The notes under the pieces are model-generated. The model was not told the origin of the DNA. It did not search any database and was given only the letters and a program-made list of their open reading frames with translations. From positions 142,131,073 through 142,195,072 of the forward strand of contig NC_058130.1 in the NCBI RefSeq assembly GCF_016433145.1: 64,000 nucleotides of DNA. The letters are read 5' to 3'. Shown in pieces: positions 23,538 through 36,103 of the stretch. Source of the stretch: Gracilinanus agilis (Eukaryota). Each line of letters begins with the position of its first letter. The first letter of the stretch is position 1. Made by a program: the position numbers and the translations under genes.

Positions 23538-25449
23538 CTGGGGAAAAAAAGATGGAGCTGACATTAGACCACGTCAGAAACTTCCCCTGATCTCACTGCT
23601 TCGGAATTCTTTTATGTAGTACTTCTGCCAAGCAAGATTTCTTTAGTCATTCCTGAATTGATGGGCATGTACTTTGTTTCCCATTCTTTGTTATCACAAA
23701 AAGTACGGCTATGAATATTTTGGTGTACATGGAGACTTTCTTTTTATCAGTAGCATCCATGGGGCGTAAGCCTAATAGCGAAATCTCTGGGTCCAAAGGT
23801 ATGGACATTTTAGTCACTTTATTTGTGTAATTATGAATTGTTTTCTAAAATGATTGTACCTTTTCACCATTCCACAAATAGTGCATCAAAGGATTTTGTA
23901 GAAGCCCGTCTTCCCGCAACTCTACCATTGTTGACTATTGCCATTTTGGGCATCTTTGCCAATTTTCAGATGTGAGGTGAAACTTCAGGCTTATTTTGAT
24001 TTGCATTTCTCTTATTATTAATAATTAGGAAATTGATAAACAAAATGTAGTATATGCACGGAATAGAATATTACTGTCCTGTAAGTAACAATGGAGGAGC
24101 ATGTGAAATTAGTATTAGTAGTGTAGAGTATTCCTTCATGTGGTTGTTAATATGTTCCAATTATCCTTTTGAAAACTGTTCCTGTCTTTTGATCACTTAT
24201 CTACTGGGGGATGGCTATTGGTCATATACATGTATATATGTGTGTGCATCTATATATATACACATATATGTAATTTTGATAATGATTTATATAACTTGGA
24301 TATGAAACCCTTATCAGAGACATTTGATGCCAATTATTGTCCCCATGTAACTATTTCCCTTCTTCTCCAGGGTGCATTTTTTCCATAGGGAATATTTACC
24401 GGTTCATTTAATCAAAGTTATCTATTTTATCTTTTGTAATTGCCTCAATTCTTTAGTTAAGAACATATCTCCTGAAGGCAGGGAAGTAGCTCAGTAGATT
24501 GACAGCTAGACCCAGAGACTGGAAGATTCTGAGTTCAAATTTGCCCTCAGATACTTTCCCAGTTGTGTGACCCTGGGCAAGTCACTTAAACTTCATTGCC
24601 TAACCCTTACTGATCTTCTGCCTTGGAACCAGCACACAATTTTGATTCTAAGACAGAAGGTAAGGATTTTTAAAAATTCCAAAAAAAAAGAATATATCTT
24701 CTATTCATAGTTAGTAGAAGTATGACCAACTTTCTTCTAATTTTTAATAGTGCAATCCTTAATCCATTTAGAATATATTATGGAATACAGTATAAGGTGT
24801 TGGTCCAGTCCTCATTATATCAGATAAATTACATGTCATTTGGAAGGATCCTTTTTCTACTTATTTTTCCAAACTTTTTTAAGGCAATATTGGAATTAAG
24901 CGACCCTTGAATATTTGATTGCCTATATAAAGCTTGTTTATTCATCTGGTCTTGAGAGGGGAAGTTTGTTTACTTTATTTTGTTATTAAGCCACATTATT
25001 CTTAAATGTATATTCTTGTTAGAATCTGATGACTCTTAAATTTTTTCTCCTTGACCTATTTACCAGGTAAGTTGTTTTAATAATGGATACGTTACTTGCC
25101 CTTCTATATTTTTCACCTGATTTTTTTTTAACTTTTAAAAATATTCCTTATTGTTGAGTTACGTTTGCTTCTTCACTTTTTCTATATTAAATTTTCTATT
25201 TCACCTTCATGGGTAACATTTTCTTTCTTTCTTTTTTATTCAAAGATATTTTATTTTCCCAAATCACATGCAATAACAATTTCCAATATGTTTTCTGAAA
25301 TTATAAATCCAAATTATTTCCCTCTCTCCCCTCCCTCCCCACTCTCAGAGATGGTAAGCAATTTGATCTGGGTTATACTATATTACCATGGGTAAGGCTT
25401 TCCATACCTTCTATTCTAAACCATTTATTCTTATTCCAATGTCTCTCTT

Positions 25450-26800
25450 TGATTTTCTTTATTTGTTGTTCCTTCTGGCACATTTTTTAGAACTTTGCTG
25501 GAGCAGTTTTTGGAGAACTGGGTTCTTCTAGGACCTTTAATTTCATCATCTTAACTGGACTTCATGACCTTTCAAGAATTACTTACAGGGCTCAGCAACT
25601 ACTTCTGCCAGTTCTGGTACCTGAGCAGAAAGTTCATGTGGGCCAGGTGATGAATCCATCAGGGACACACTTAGGTGCTCTCTTACTAGAGCCTTGCTTG
25701 CCTTTGATAGCAACTCCTTGCTCATCATTTTTGTTCTGTCATTTGTAGAGTAAAGATCATTGTCCTTTGCAGAGAAGACAGAAGCAAAATCAGAATTGCA
25801 CGTTAGGGTATGCTCTCTCTCTTTTGTCAGCTATCCTCTCCGGGCAAACAAAGGTCTCCTCAGCCCTGAGATCCTTCATTTCCTACTACTAATAGACCTA
25901 AAAAAGCCTTTTATTATCCTGAGATTCCTTCACTAACCTCAGCTTGTTTGGAGCTTCAGCACTCCTGCCCCTACCTTTATTTATTTATTTATTTAGGGGT
26001 GTGTGTGTATCTTTATTTATTTAATTAATTTAGAATTTTTTTCCCCATGATTACATGATTCTGACCCTACTTTTAGAGGGCACAAACTCTCACAAACTCT
26101 TAGAGGAAGTAGTTACTTCCCCTCAGGGCTCTTACCAAGTCCATCTCTGAAGCAATTCCTCTCTGATGATGAGAATCAGATCCAGAACAGAATTCCCTCC
26201 ACTTTTCTGAAGGGTAAAATTATCCCTAATGCAAAGCCAAGAAGTTAGCCGCTCTACTTTTGGGACACATAGAGACAGAAAGACAGACAGACAGACAGAT
26301 AGACACAGAGAGACAGAGAGAAAGAGAAATCCAGTAAATGTCTACATATCCTTTGTGTCCTATCCTTATTATATTATGCCTCTGTGCCAGGCTTGTGACT
26401 TGTTTCCTAAATTTCTCATCTATTTGTTCTTTTTGTCCAGATGGTTTACAGTATATGACAATAACATTTATTTCTGGGTCTCTTTCCATTGACCTATAGC
26501 AAAGATGAAGAACCTTTTAGAGACAGAGTGCCCACCCCACCTCACACAGACCAAGTGCTGTTCCAGCCCCCCCCCTCACTGAGTGCCACCCTCCTCCCCC
26601 CCATAAAATAAAATTTACCTCTTGGCTAATTAAGACCTCTGGTTTCTCTTGAGTGTGGACATTTCAAGCCATGTGTTCTACTCCTGGCTCCTTTTCTGAA
26701 ATTGGTCTCCTGTGAACTTCTGGGTGTCTCAACTGGTATTCTTTTAGCTGCTCTATAGTGGTATCTGGCTTGGGGCACATACATAAGAGATCTCCTTCCC
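25450..26800 (-). mobile_element. L3/CR1 LINE remnant
   Basis: The - strand at 26310-26489 reads VIVIYCKPSGQKEQIDEKFRKQV...IRIGHKGYVDIYW, matching the CR1 endonuclease motifs (YRPPxQ..xDExFxKQL, MGDFNYPDICW). It is interrupted by an (AGAC)n microsatellite at about 26270-26325. Confidence 0.7.
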
Positions 26801-29079
26801 CTATCCTTTTAAATTTAAAATTCTTTCATTTAGATTTTGCAAGATATCTGGCAAATACATTCTTTTTAGACTTTATAAGGAAGAGAACAAGTATTTATTT
26901 ATTTATTGGCTGGTAGTTACTGATGTCTTATTGGTTACCTTTTAAAAACAAAAATTATACATAGAAACAATTTTTGACAACTTTTCTGACATTTTACAAT
27001 TCAGAATCTCTCCTTCCTTCCTTCTCCTCCCAGTCAGCAAGTAGTCTGATATAGGTTATACAGTGCTTTCATGTAGTACATATTTCCATATTGCTCATGC
27101 CATGATGGGAAGACACGTATCACAAATATGATAAAAAAATCATAAGGAAATAAAGTACAGGATGGCATGCTTGGATCTGCAACCAGACTCCAACAGTTCC
27201 TTCTTTGGCTGTGGATAGCATTTTTCATCCTGAATCCCTTGTGGGTATCTTGGAAACTGGCTTTGCTAGTAATAGTTTAGTCCTTTACAATTGATCATTA
27301 CACCATAATTCTGTTACTGTATGCAGTGTTCTCCTAGTTCTGCTTGCTTCACTTTGCATCAGTTCATGCAAGTCTTTCCAGGCTTTTCTGAACTCATTCT
27401 GTTTGTTAGGATGATGCAATAGTATTCTATTTCAACCATATACCACAACTGAGCTTCACCTATCCAGAGCTATAGTCCAGAGCTGCAGTAATATCTTTAA
27501 CGGCCATTTATTAATCACCTATTATGTGTCAGGCACTCTGCTAATCCTTTAAAAATATTAGAAATTTTATATTTAAAAATATAAAAAGGGGACAGCTGAC
27601 TGGCTCAGTGGATTGAGAGTTAGGCCTAGAGATAGGAGGCTCTGGGTTCAAATTTGACCTCAGATACTTCCTAGCTGTGTGACCCTGGTCAAGTCACTTA
27701 ACTCCTATTGCCTACCCCTTACTGCTCTTCTGCCTTGGAACCAATACGAAGTATTGATTCTAAAAGGGAAGATAAGGGTTTAAAAAAATATATTATCTCC
27801 ATTGTTTTTCTCAACAACTCAGTGAAATAGGTGTTAATAATTATCCTCACTTTACAGTTATGGGATTGAAGCATAGGGAGGTTAAGTGGTTTGCCCAGGG
27901 GCATGTCTAGTAAGTATTTGAGACTAGATTTGAACTTGAGTCTTCCTGAATAAGGACCAAGGCTCTTTTCTCTGTGTCAGCTAGTGGCCATCACGAGCCA
28001 GAAATCTGTCATCTCTGTATTTGGAGCTATGGTCCCAAAGTTCAAATTCCATTTTTAGATGCCCCAAGATATTTACTTCCCACATTAAGTTTTCTTTTCT
28101 GCATACCTTACCTTTAATGGGCAACAGCATAAAAAACATAACCATCCCTATTGTCTTTAGTTTCTGGCTCCAGGTTTCAAATATATTGCTGGCAAAATAT
28201 TTGAGTTCCTTTTGATGATGTCTTTAATGGCCGTGAAATGGGTACTCACTGAATGTCATTCCTGAATCACCAGAAGAGGGGAGCTGTCATTCATTTCAGT
28301 AAGTCTTGGGAGGTTCCCTGTAAAGAACTTCCTCAGACCCCAGAGCAGGGAATCATCAACTCTCATTCTTCCCTTCTTCCTCTGAACTTACTCATTGCTC
28401 TCTCACCTGGTTGCTTCTGTAGCACTGTTATAGCATTCTTCTTCTGAACCTCCAGCTTCCTTCCTGATAAGAGGCTTAAATTTGTCTTTAAGCTTTAATT
28501 GTACAACTGCCTTTGCCATCACCTCTGTAACATTTTTTAATTTAATTTTTTTACTTTTTCAGTTACCCGAAGAAACACTTTTTGACATCTTAAAGTTCAG
28601 ATTTTCTCCCTCCCTTCCCTTCCCTGCTCTACCCAACTCCCAGGCAGTAAATAGCTTGATATGGGGTATACCCAGGCTTTCATGTAATTCGTGTTTCCAT
28701 ATTGCTCATGTCGTGATTGAAGCTTGTCATTACTTTTTTTTTTAAGCCTTACCTTCAATCTTAGAATCAATACTAAGTATTGGTTGCAAAAGAGCAGTAA
28801 GGGTTAGCCAGTGGGGATTAAGTGACTTGCGCAGGGTCACACTGCTAGGAAGTATCTGAAGTTACATTCAAATCCAGGACCCTCCTCATCTTCAGACATG
28901 GCTCTTTATCCACTGAGCCACCCAGATGTCCCACTCGTCATTACCTTTAGCCTATAGGTACCACTCCTCTACTCTCCAGCATCCTGACCAGGGTTGCCTT
29001 CACTCCATTTCTCTTTTCCCCCACTGAGTCTTCAGCTCTTGTTTCCTTTCAGAATGCTGGGTTTGTTTTAGCATCCTGG

Positions 29080-29900
29080 AGTTAGTATTTTTTCTTGGAG
29101 GCAATAGGAAACCACTGGAGTTTATTCGGGAGGGGTGGGGAGTGATATGGTCAGCCCCGGGCTTAGGGAAAATCATGTTGGCAGCAGCATGGAGGATGTA
29201 TTAAGGTAAGAAGGGACTTGGAGCAGGAAACCAATGAGGAGATCAATGACAATAGTCACATAAAAGGTGGTGGCTAAGGCCTGAGTTAAGGTGGTGGCTG
29301 TATGAGGAGAGGGAAGGGAATGGACAGGAAAGGTGCTGGGGAGGTAGAAATGCCAGTGTTTGGCACTTGAGTGAGGAGTTGAAGATAACACTATTATTGG
29401 GTCCCCAGGAGACTGGAAAGATGGTAGTATGATCTTTGACTGAAACAGAGAAGTTTAGACAAGAGGTGAGTCTGCCATAACTTGACAGGCAATTTTGTGG
29501 GAGGAGGAACAGAATGTGTTTTCTTTTGGATATGCTGAGTTTGAGAAATCTATGGGGCTATTCAGTTTAAAATATCCTCTAATAGTTATAGTAGACTTGA
29601 GACTAGAGCTCAGGAGAGAGCCTAGGGATGGCTATATAGATCTGTTAGTCATCTGCATAGAGATCATAATTAGTCAGGAACTAGAGAGGACACAAAGTGG
29701 GAGAGTGTAGAGAGAGAAGAGATCATAGAACAGAGTCTTGCAGTTCGATAAGATTTAGGGGGCAGGATATGGTTAATAAATCAATCAAGGAGTCTAAGGT
29801 AGAGTATTCTGATAGACAGGAGAACCAGACAGAATATCTGGGAGGAGAGAATGATCAGCAGTCTCAAATGCTGCATAAGTGCTGAAAAAGGAGATGGAGG
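29080..29900 (-). mobile_element. L2 LINE remnant
   Basis: Characteristic L2 antisense text (ccactggagtttatt, gaggagttgaagataac, ttcttttggatatgctgagtttgag). Further L2 at about 31690-32160, 57660-60060 (+) and 62500-63450. Confidence 0.7.
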
Positions 29901-32627
29901 GAAAAACCATTTGATTTGGCAGTGATAATTACCCATTTTTTGGTGGGGAGCCCAAAGGCATCTGACCCTAACCTGAAATCCTTTAATCTTCCACTGACCT
30001 ACCCCAGAGAGCTCAGAGTATACCAATGGCACTCTTTTCCTCTTTCCCCTGCAACTCCCACAAAGAACTGAAACTAGAGTTGCCTTGGGTTGGCCTCTTT
30101 CACTCCGTTATCTGAAAGAGCAGCAGAAGGGAGATACCACTCTCAGTTTATCATCCCTTTCTAGTCTCACCAGATGATATTATTCAAGCATCAGGGCCCC
30201 AGTGCAAGANTGAATAGGAGTGTCTGTCCTCTGTCCCGCATTCATACCTGGGTGTCTGTCTATCTGTCCTTAGGATCAGGAAACTTGGATCTTTCCTTTC
30301 CCTGCTACTGAGTCACTGTGTCACTTGAACAAGCTTCCCTTTAGGAATATTTTGAGGTCCAAACACAGACCAGAAGTAAGCCATTGACAGCTAAATCATC
30401 CATTCTAGTTCATTCACTAATCATAGTAGCCCCAAAGGGACATCATTAGGAAGCATTTTGCCAGATGGGAGTCAGCTGTAGAAATTGTCCCTTCATAGGA
30501 ATGTCATAGTACAAAGAGCTCTCCTGAAGTCTATGTGCTCAGAGATGTAGACCTAAAAGGGACTCAAAAGTCCTGAGGCCAGTCCTCCACGTTCGTTACT
30601 AGAGCCTTGTGCTTCCACAAAGGGGGCTACGTTTGGGAGAGCCTTGTTGGGAAGTTGCTGGGGGCTGAGGAGAATTATGGCAACACTCACCAGGCGTGCA
30701 TTGTGTGCTTCCCAGCGCTGGGATCTTTTCCCAAGTCCTGGGCTCCATATTAGTTCCAGTCTCAGAAACATTTCTTTCCCTGCAGCCAGGAATTTCCTTT
30801 CCATACTTTTCCTCCAGTTTTCCTTTTTATCATGCAACAAGCTAAAGTATTCCAATAACACAAAGAACCAAACAGAGCTTTGTAAATGAAACTGTGACCT
30901 CCTTAGTACAGTGTGTTTTTTAGATGCTTAAGTTCAATGTATTGGTGCAGAGTCAACATGACTGAGTGCCAAGCCAGTGGAGGAGCTTCATAGTCCAGAG
31001 ACTTTGGGCTTAGAACCTGCATTTTGATTCCTGTTGTCTGTGTGACCTTGGCCTTAATGGTGCTCTAAGGAAGCTATAAAACTGACGGAGTCTGATACAG
31101 GGAATTCTTCATTGAGAGATCCCTATGTCAATGAAATCACATCCTCCAAAACACACAGACACACGAAGGCACACACGTTTACCCTGCTTTATTCCAGTTT
31201 GGAACTTTTTGTTCTCTTTTTTGTATTTTATGAATGTTTCATTCATTGATTCATTTTTATTATTATATCATGTAATAATTATTCATTTTAAAATAAATGT
31301 ATTAATTATTCTTTCTTCAATTTCTATTACTACCTCATCCTCAGATAAACCTTTGATACAACAAATAACATCATCAGGCCAAAAAAAAAATTAACATATT
31401 GGTCCTTCATGAAAATGTCTTTTCTGCCCTCAGAAGTAATTGATCCCTTCTCTGCTTCAATCAACTAAAATCAGGATTGGTTCCTGCACTGACTACAGTT
31501 CTAATTTGGAAAGTATCTCTAAAGTTAGGGTGTGGGGATGCAAAACCCCAAATGAAGCAGTTTTGTCTCTCACACAACTTAGGGTCTCTTGTGGAATATG
31601 ACCTGTTCACAGATAAATATAATTCTGGGTAAAAAGTGAAGCAGTCCAGGGAAAGGTCAGGCAAAGTAGTTTTAGGAGAATTTGAGGAGGGGAGCAGTTC
31701 AGAAGGATCAAGTAAAGAAGACTTCATGAAGGAGGAGATGTTTAAGCTGAGCCCTGAATGCAGAAAAGGTTCTTAAGAGGCAGATATGAGGAGGGAGAGT
31801 ATGTCAGAAGATGTGATGTCCAATTTGGAAAGCTGGGAGAAGTTAAGTTTGGTTGAGATATAGGATTGTAAAGGAGAGTAATAGGAGATGTCTAAAAAGT
31901 TAATTAAGAACAGGATTGTGGAATATTTTAAATTCCTAGCTAAGAAATTTATATTTTATCTCTGAGGCAAAAAGGGAGCCATTGCAGGTCCTTGAAAGAG
32001 GAATGAAGCAGCGTTCAGGCCTATGACTTAGAAAGATTGTTGTGACTCTTATGTGAAGGATTGATCAGAGAATGCTGAAAAAAAAGTTAAGGAGATCATT
32101 ACAATAACCTTGGTGAGGTAATGAGTATTTGAAAGAAGAAAATCTGTGTTTGGCAGACAGTTTTCAAAGGTAAAAATACAGACTATCAATAACCATGTGG
32201 GGGAAAAATGCTTTAAATTGCTAAGAATTAGAGGCATGCAAATTAAAAGCAACTCTGAGGTTCTACTTTCTACTCATAAGATTGAAAGGGAAAAAAAGGA
32301 AGAATGAGGAAAATGGCAAATGTTGGAAGAGCTGCATGAAAACAGGCATTTATACAGTATTGTATTTATACAACATTGTACAATTCCCACTGTATGGGAA
32401 TTGGTTTGGTCACACCAGTAAGACAACTCTGAGAATTTCCCATTGGAATGTCCCTATGAATCAATTCAGTCTCTCCACAGATATATCCAAGTCCTCCTTC
32501 TTCCCAGTTCCATACTTCAAATCACATTAACATAATTTCCCATTCTTTCCTCCTTTGCTCCAGTCTCAAAAGATGAAGTTGCCATTCTCCTACCCAACAC
32601 AAGCCATTGTTGCCAAATTGATATTCC

Positions 32628-32629
32628 TA

Positions 32630-32665
<36 letters not shown>
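32628..32665. repeat. (TAA)n microsatellite
   Basis: About 12 perfect TAA units. Other microsatellites: (TC)n at about 10550-10585 and (TTTC)n at about 46582-46650. Confidence 0.95.
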
Positions 32666-32666
<1 letters not shown>

Positions 32667-33176
32667 GCTAATAATGTTCTTCTTGAAGGTTTGTGTCAAT
32701 AAGGTTTCTACCATCTCTATACTAAATGCTCTTATTAAATATGAAAAAGACCTTATAAACATAGAAAATAGAGGCAACTAGATGGCTCAGTAGATTGAGA
32801 GCCAGACCTGGAGATGGGAGGTCCTGGGTTCAAATCTGAACTCACGCTTCCTAGCTGTGTGACTTTGGGCAATTGTTTTGCCCAAATTTTGCCCAAAATG
32901 TGACTTGTGCCATTGCCTAGTTAGCCCTTACCACTCTTCTGCCTTGAAAAACAATATTTAGTACTGATTCCAAGATGGAAAATAAGGGTTAAAAAAACAA
33001 ACATAAAAAATAAATCATCAGACATGGAAAGAGACTCTAAAGGTCATCTAGTCCAACCGACTCATTTCATGAAGAAGGAAAGGAAATTAAGGCCAAGGGA
33101 AGGGGAGTGACTTGACCTAAGTGACATAATAAATTAATAGAACTCAAACTAGAATTCATGTCTCTTCACTCCTGTG

Positions 33177-33306
33177 TATGTGATATTACTTTGTTAGGAA
33201 TACAGCCACACTGGTGTGAATTTTGTCCCATGTGTCATGCATCTCCACAATGTGTTTCTTCCTGCAGATAGGAAGCCAGCACTTTTTGGAAGCAATGAAT
33301 CAGGAA
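33177..33306 (-). pseudogene. HBM: Orphan alphaD (mu, HBK/HBM) globin exon 3 fossil
   Basis: The - strand reads FLIHCFQKVLASYLQEE (+1 frameshift) HIVEMHDTWDKIHTSVAVFLTK*YH, against human HBM exon 3 [42 protein letters not shown] (from memory). The acceptor AG is mutated to AA, there is one extra base, and a premature TAA lies at 33186-33188. The position immediately 3' of zeta-2 is the expected alphaD slot. Confidence 0.85.
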
Positions 33307-34249
33307 TTATAGTAGGGCAGAGAGGATGGAGGGAGGGCAGCCTCGCGGTCTAGGGGCAGCTAGATGGCTCAATGGACAGCCAGGACTAGAGATGGAAGGT
33401 CCCGGGTTTAGATCTGGTCTCAGAAGCTTCCTAACTGTGTGACCCTGAGCAAGTCACTTAATCCACATTGCCTTGCCCTTACCACTCTTCTGCCTTGAAA
33501 CCAGTACACAGTATTGATTCTAAGACAGAAAATAAAGGTTTCTAGCTCTCTCTTCACTTTTCCTGGGTAGCCTTCTTAACACCTTTTCTGATTTGGTCTT
33601 CGTCCCCCTCCTTCCTCCAGCCATTGGTCTCTGTGATGTTAGGGTCTTTCCCTTCCTCCCTGAACCTCAAGTCTTTCCCAGTCCGCAGTGTCTTCCTGAG
33701 ATCTCAGAGTCCAGCTCTCCTTTAGAGTCCTCCTGGAACTGCCTTCTTCTCCAAACCAAGGTGAATGAATGAATGAGTAAATTAAATCATTGGATAAATT
33801 AGTGAAGGAATTAATTAACGAATAAATGAATGAAGAAGTGGGCCCCACTATTGGAAGCCTTCAATAAAAAGTAGAAGGAATATTGACTATTTTTTCATTG
33901 GAATGATGGCTCTAAGTCTCTGGTCTGCTCTGAACATCAGTTTCCCCATTTATAAAAGGAGAGAGTTAGACCAGATGAACTCTACAGTTCTTTTACCTTT
34001 TACTTCTAACATTGTGTTGTTCTCAGATCCCTTCTAGTTCTAAAATTCTTTAATAATTCTAATAATGTATGTTTAATATTATATTGGCATAAATATATGT
34101 ATATATACGCATGTGTATGTTTAAATATACGTATATATACATACACATACACCTCACATATCCAGTACAGTGAGGCAACCTCTTTTAGTGTCTAGAGGGC
34201 TGCCCTTGGCGTTTGGAAGACCCTCCTCCCTCTGAAACAAGTTGACTGT

Positions 34250-34939
34250 GTGATGCTGTTTCGTAGGACAGGGTCATGGCCAATGGGTCCCACCACCGAA
34301 AGAAGTTCACAAACATGGAGCTCAGAAGCCAAAGTAGAAGAAGGCAGTTTATTCTTTCTCATGACAGGGACATTACCCAGCTTTTGGTGCCTAAGGAATG
34401 AATGTCAAAGAAATGAGTCCAAAGATTCAATTTATAGGGTCTTCAATCAAAGAAACTCCTCCCACTCCCCCCTTTTGTTCTGGTTAGATGTCGTCATTTT
34501 TGACATTTTTTTTTTACACCTTTACCTTCCATTTTAGAATCAATCCTGTGTATTGGTTCCAAGGCAGAAGAGTGGTAAGAGCTAGGCAATGGGGGTGAAG
34601 TGACTTGCCCAGGGTCACACAGCTAGGCAATGTTTGAGGTCAAATTTGAACCCAGGACCTCCCTTCTCTAGGCCTGGCTCTCAATCCACTGAGCTACCCA
34701 GGTTCCCCTCATCTTTGACATTTTTAAAAGATAAGTGAATTACTGGGTTGTACAAAATCCAAGAATTAGACATGTAGTTAAAAGATGAATCACTGGGTTG
34801 TAGACATACTGGGTTGTAGATTATAAGATTTGATGGATTGTGAGTTACTCCATCCCTCAAGGCCTTTGAAATGTGAAAGGCCAAGGCTTTTGTTTTTAGA
34901 GGGAGGGGGGAGTTCTATAAAGAAGGGAAAGTACTAACA
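34250..34939 (-). mobile_element. Probable solo ERV LTR, interrupted by a SINE at 34510-34705
   Basis: TG...CA-like ends; on the - strand TATAAA (34430-34435) followed by AATAAA (34348-34353); three short actgggttgta repeats in the U3-like part. No TSD could be confirmed. Confidence 0.45.
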
Positions 34940-36103
34940 TCTATCTAGGTACTTAGAACTTCTTATGAGAAAGACACAGGTTTTATCCCGTTCACTATGA
35001 TTTGACTTCTCAGCGCCCCAAATAACTGTAATACAGATTTGTAAAGCAGTTGCTTATGGGCAATTTTCAAGTGCCTAGTAAGAAACCTAGATAGGGTCAA
35101 ATCTTGACAAGTCTCATCCCCTTCCTTGGCTCTCAGTTTTCCCATCTGTAAAACAAGGCTCTTGCTTTAAAAGATCCCTAACATCTCGTTCACCTCTGAT
35201 ATTCTACCTTCTATTTTCTAAGACCCCTTCCAATTTTGGCATTTTTTCTGCTAAGGTCCCTTCTCCGTTCAAATGTTTAATTAATTATTTCTTTACTTTG
35301 ACCAATGCTCTCTTCTCCAATGGTTTCTCAGTTCTCGTTCCTTTCCCTAACTATAAATGATTACTCTCCAACACTATAGTCACTCCAAAGAATGCTTTCC
35401 ACCTCCAGAGAAAGAACTGTTGGAATCAGATGCAGATCAAAGTTGACTCTTTTTCACATTAGCTTATTTATGGTTTTATTTTGTGGTTTTGGTTTTATAT
35501 GACTATTTTCTTACAACAATGACCAAGGTGGAAGTACACCTTGCATGATAATAAATGTATAACCCAGATCAAATTGCTTACCATCTCTGAGTGGGGGGAG
35601 GGAAGGGAGGAAGGGAGACAATTTGGTTCTCATAATTTTGGAAAATGTATGCTGAAAATTGTTATTATGTATAATTGGAAAATAAAATATTTTGGAATAT
35701 AAATAAAATAAACTATTGACACTCCCTTTGTAGTCCCTTCTAAGTTAGGTGGGTTTGACCTTCCCAGGGGTAGAAATGGGCCAAGCTTGATTTAGGGTCT
35801 AAACCTTGACCATACACAACTCTGACTTTAATACTCCATTTTATTCCCTTACTTTCCCTTTCCCAAAGGATCTGAGATGTTTATCTTTAATTGGTCTATT
35901 GGAATAGAAACCATTAAGAAAGCCAAGAAAGTAGATGAAGAGACTCAGGCTTCATTTCTTTATTTGTTAATAAGGCAGTCATGAAGGACAAAACAATATT
36001 GGGGAAGGGGGAGAGTATAAAAGGACAAAAGGGCGGGATGAAGCTCTAGAGTTCAATGGCAGCAAAACTCCATTTGTCTTTCCAGCTCTCAGGTCCAGGG
36101 GGT

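Noticed and set aside
30001-30042. Minus-strand EEKSAIGIL*ALWG resembling the beta-globin N-terminus
   Set aside because: It needs three extra codons and contains a stop; it is too short and has no supporting gene structure.
30553-30861. Minus-strand ORF containing DKKENWRKSMERKFLAAGKEMFLRL, superficially like globin helices A-B
   Set aside because: W-to-G spacing and helix A length do not fit; there is no ATG or GT donor at the exon-1 positions and no matching exon 2 downstream. Probably chance.
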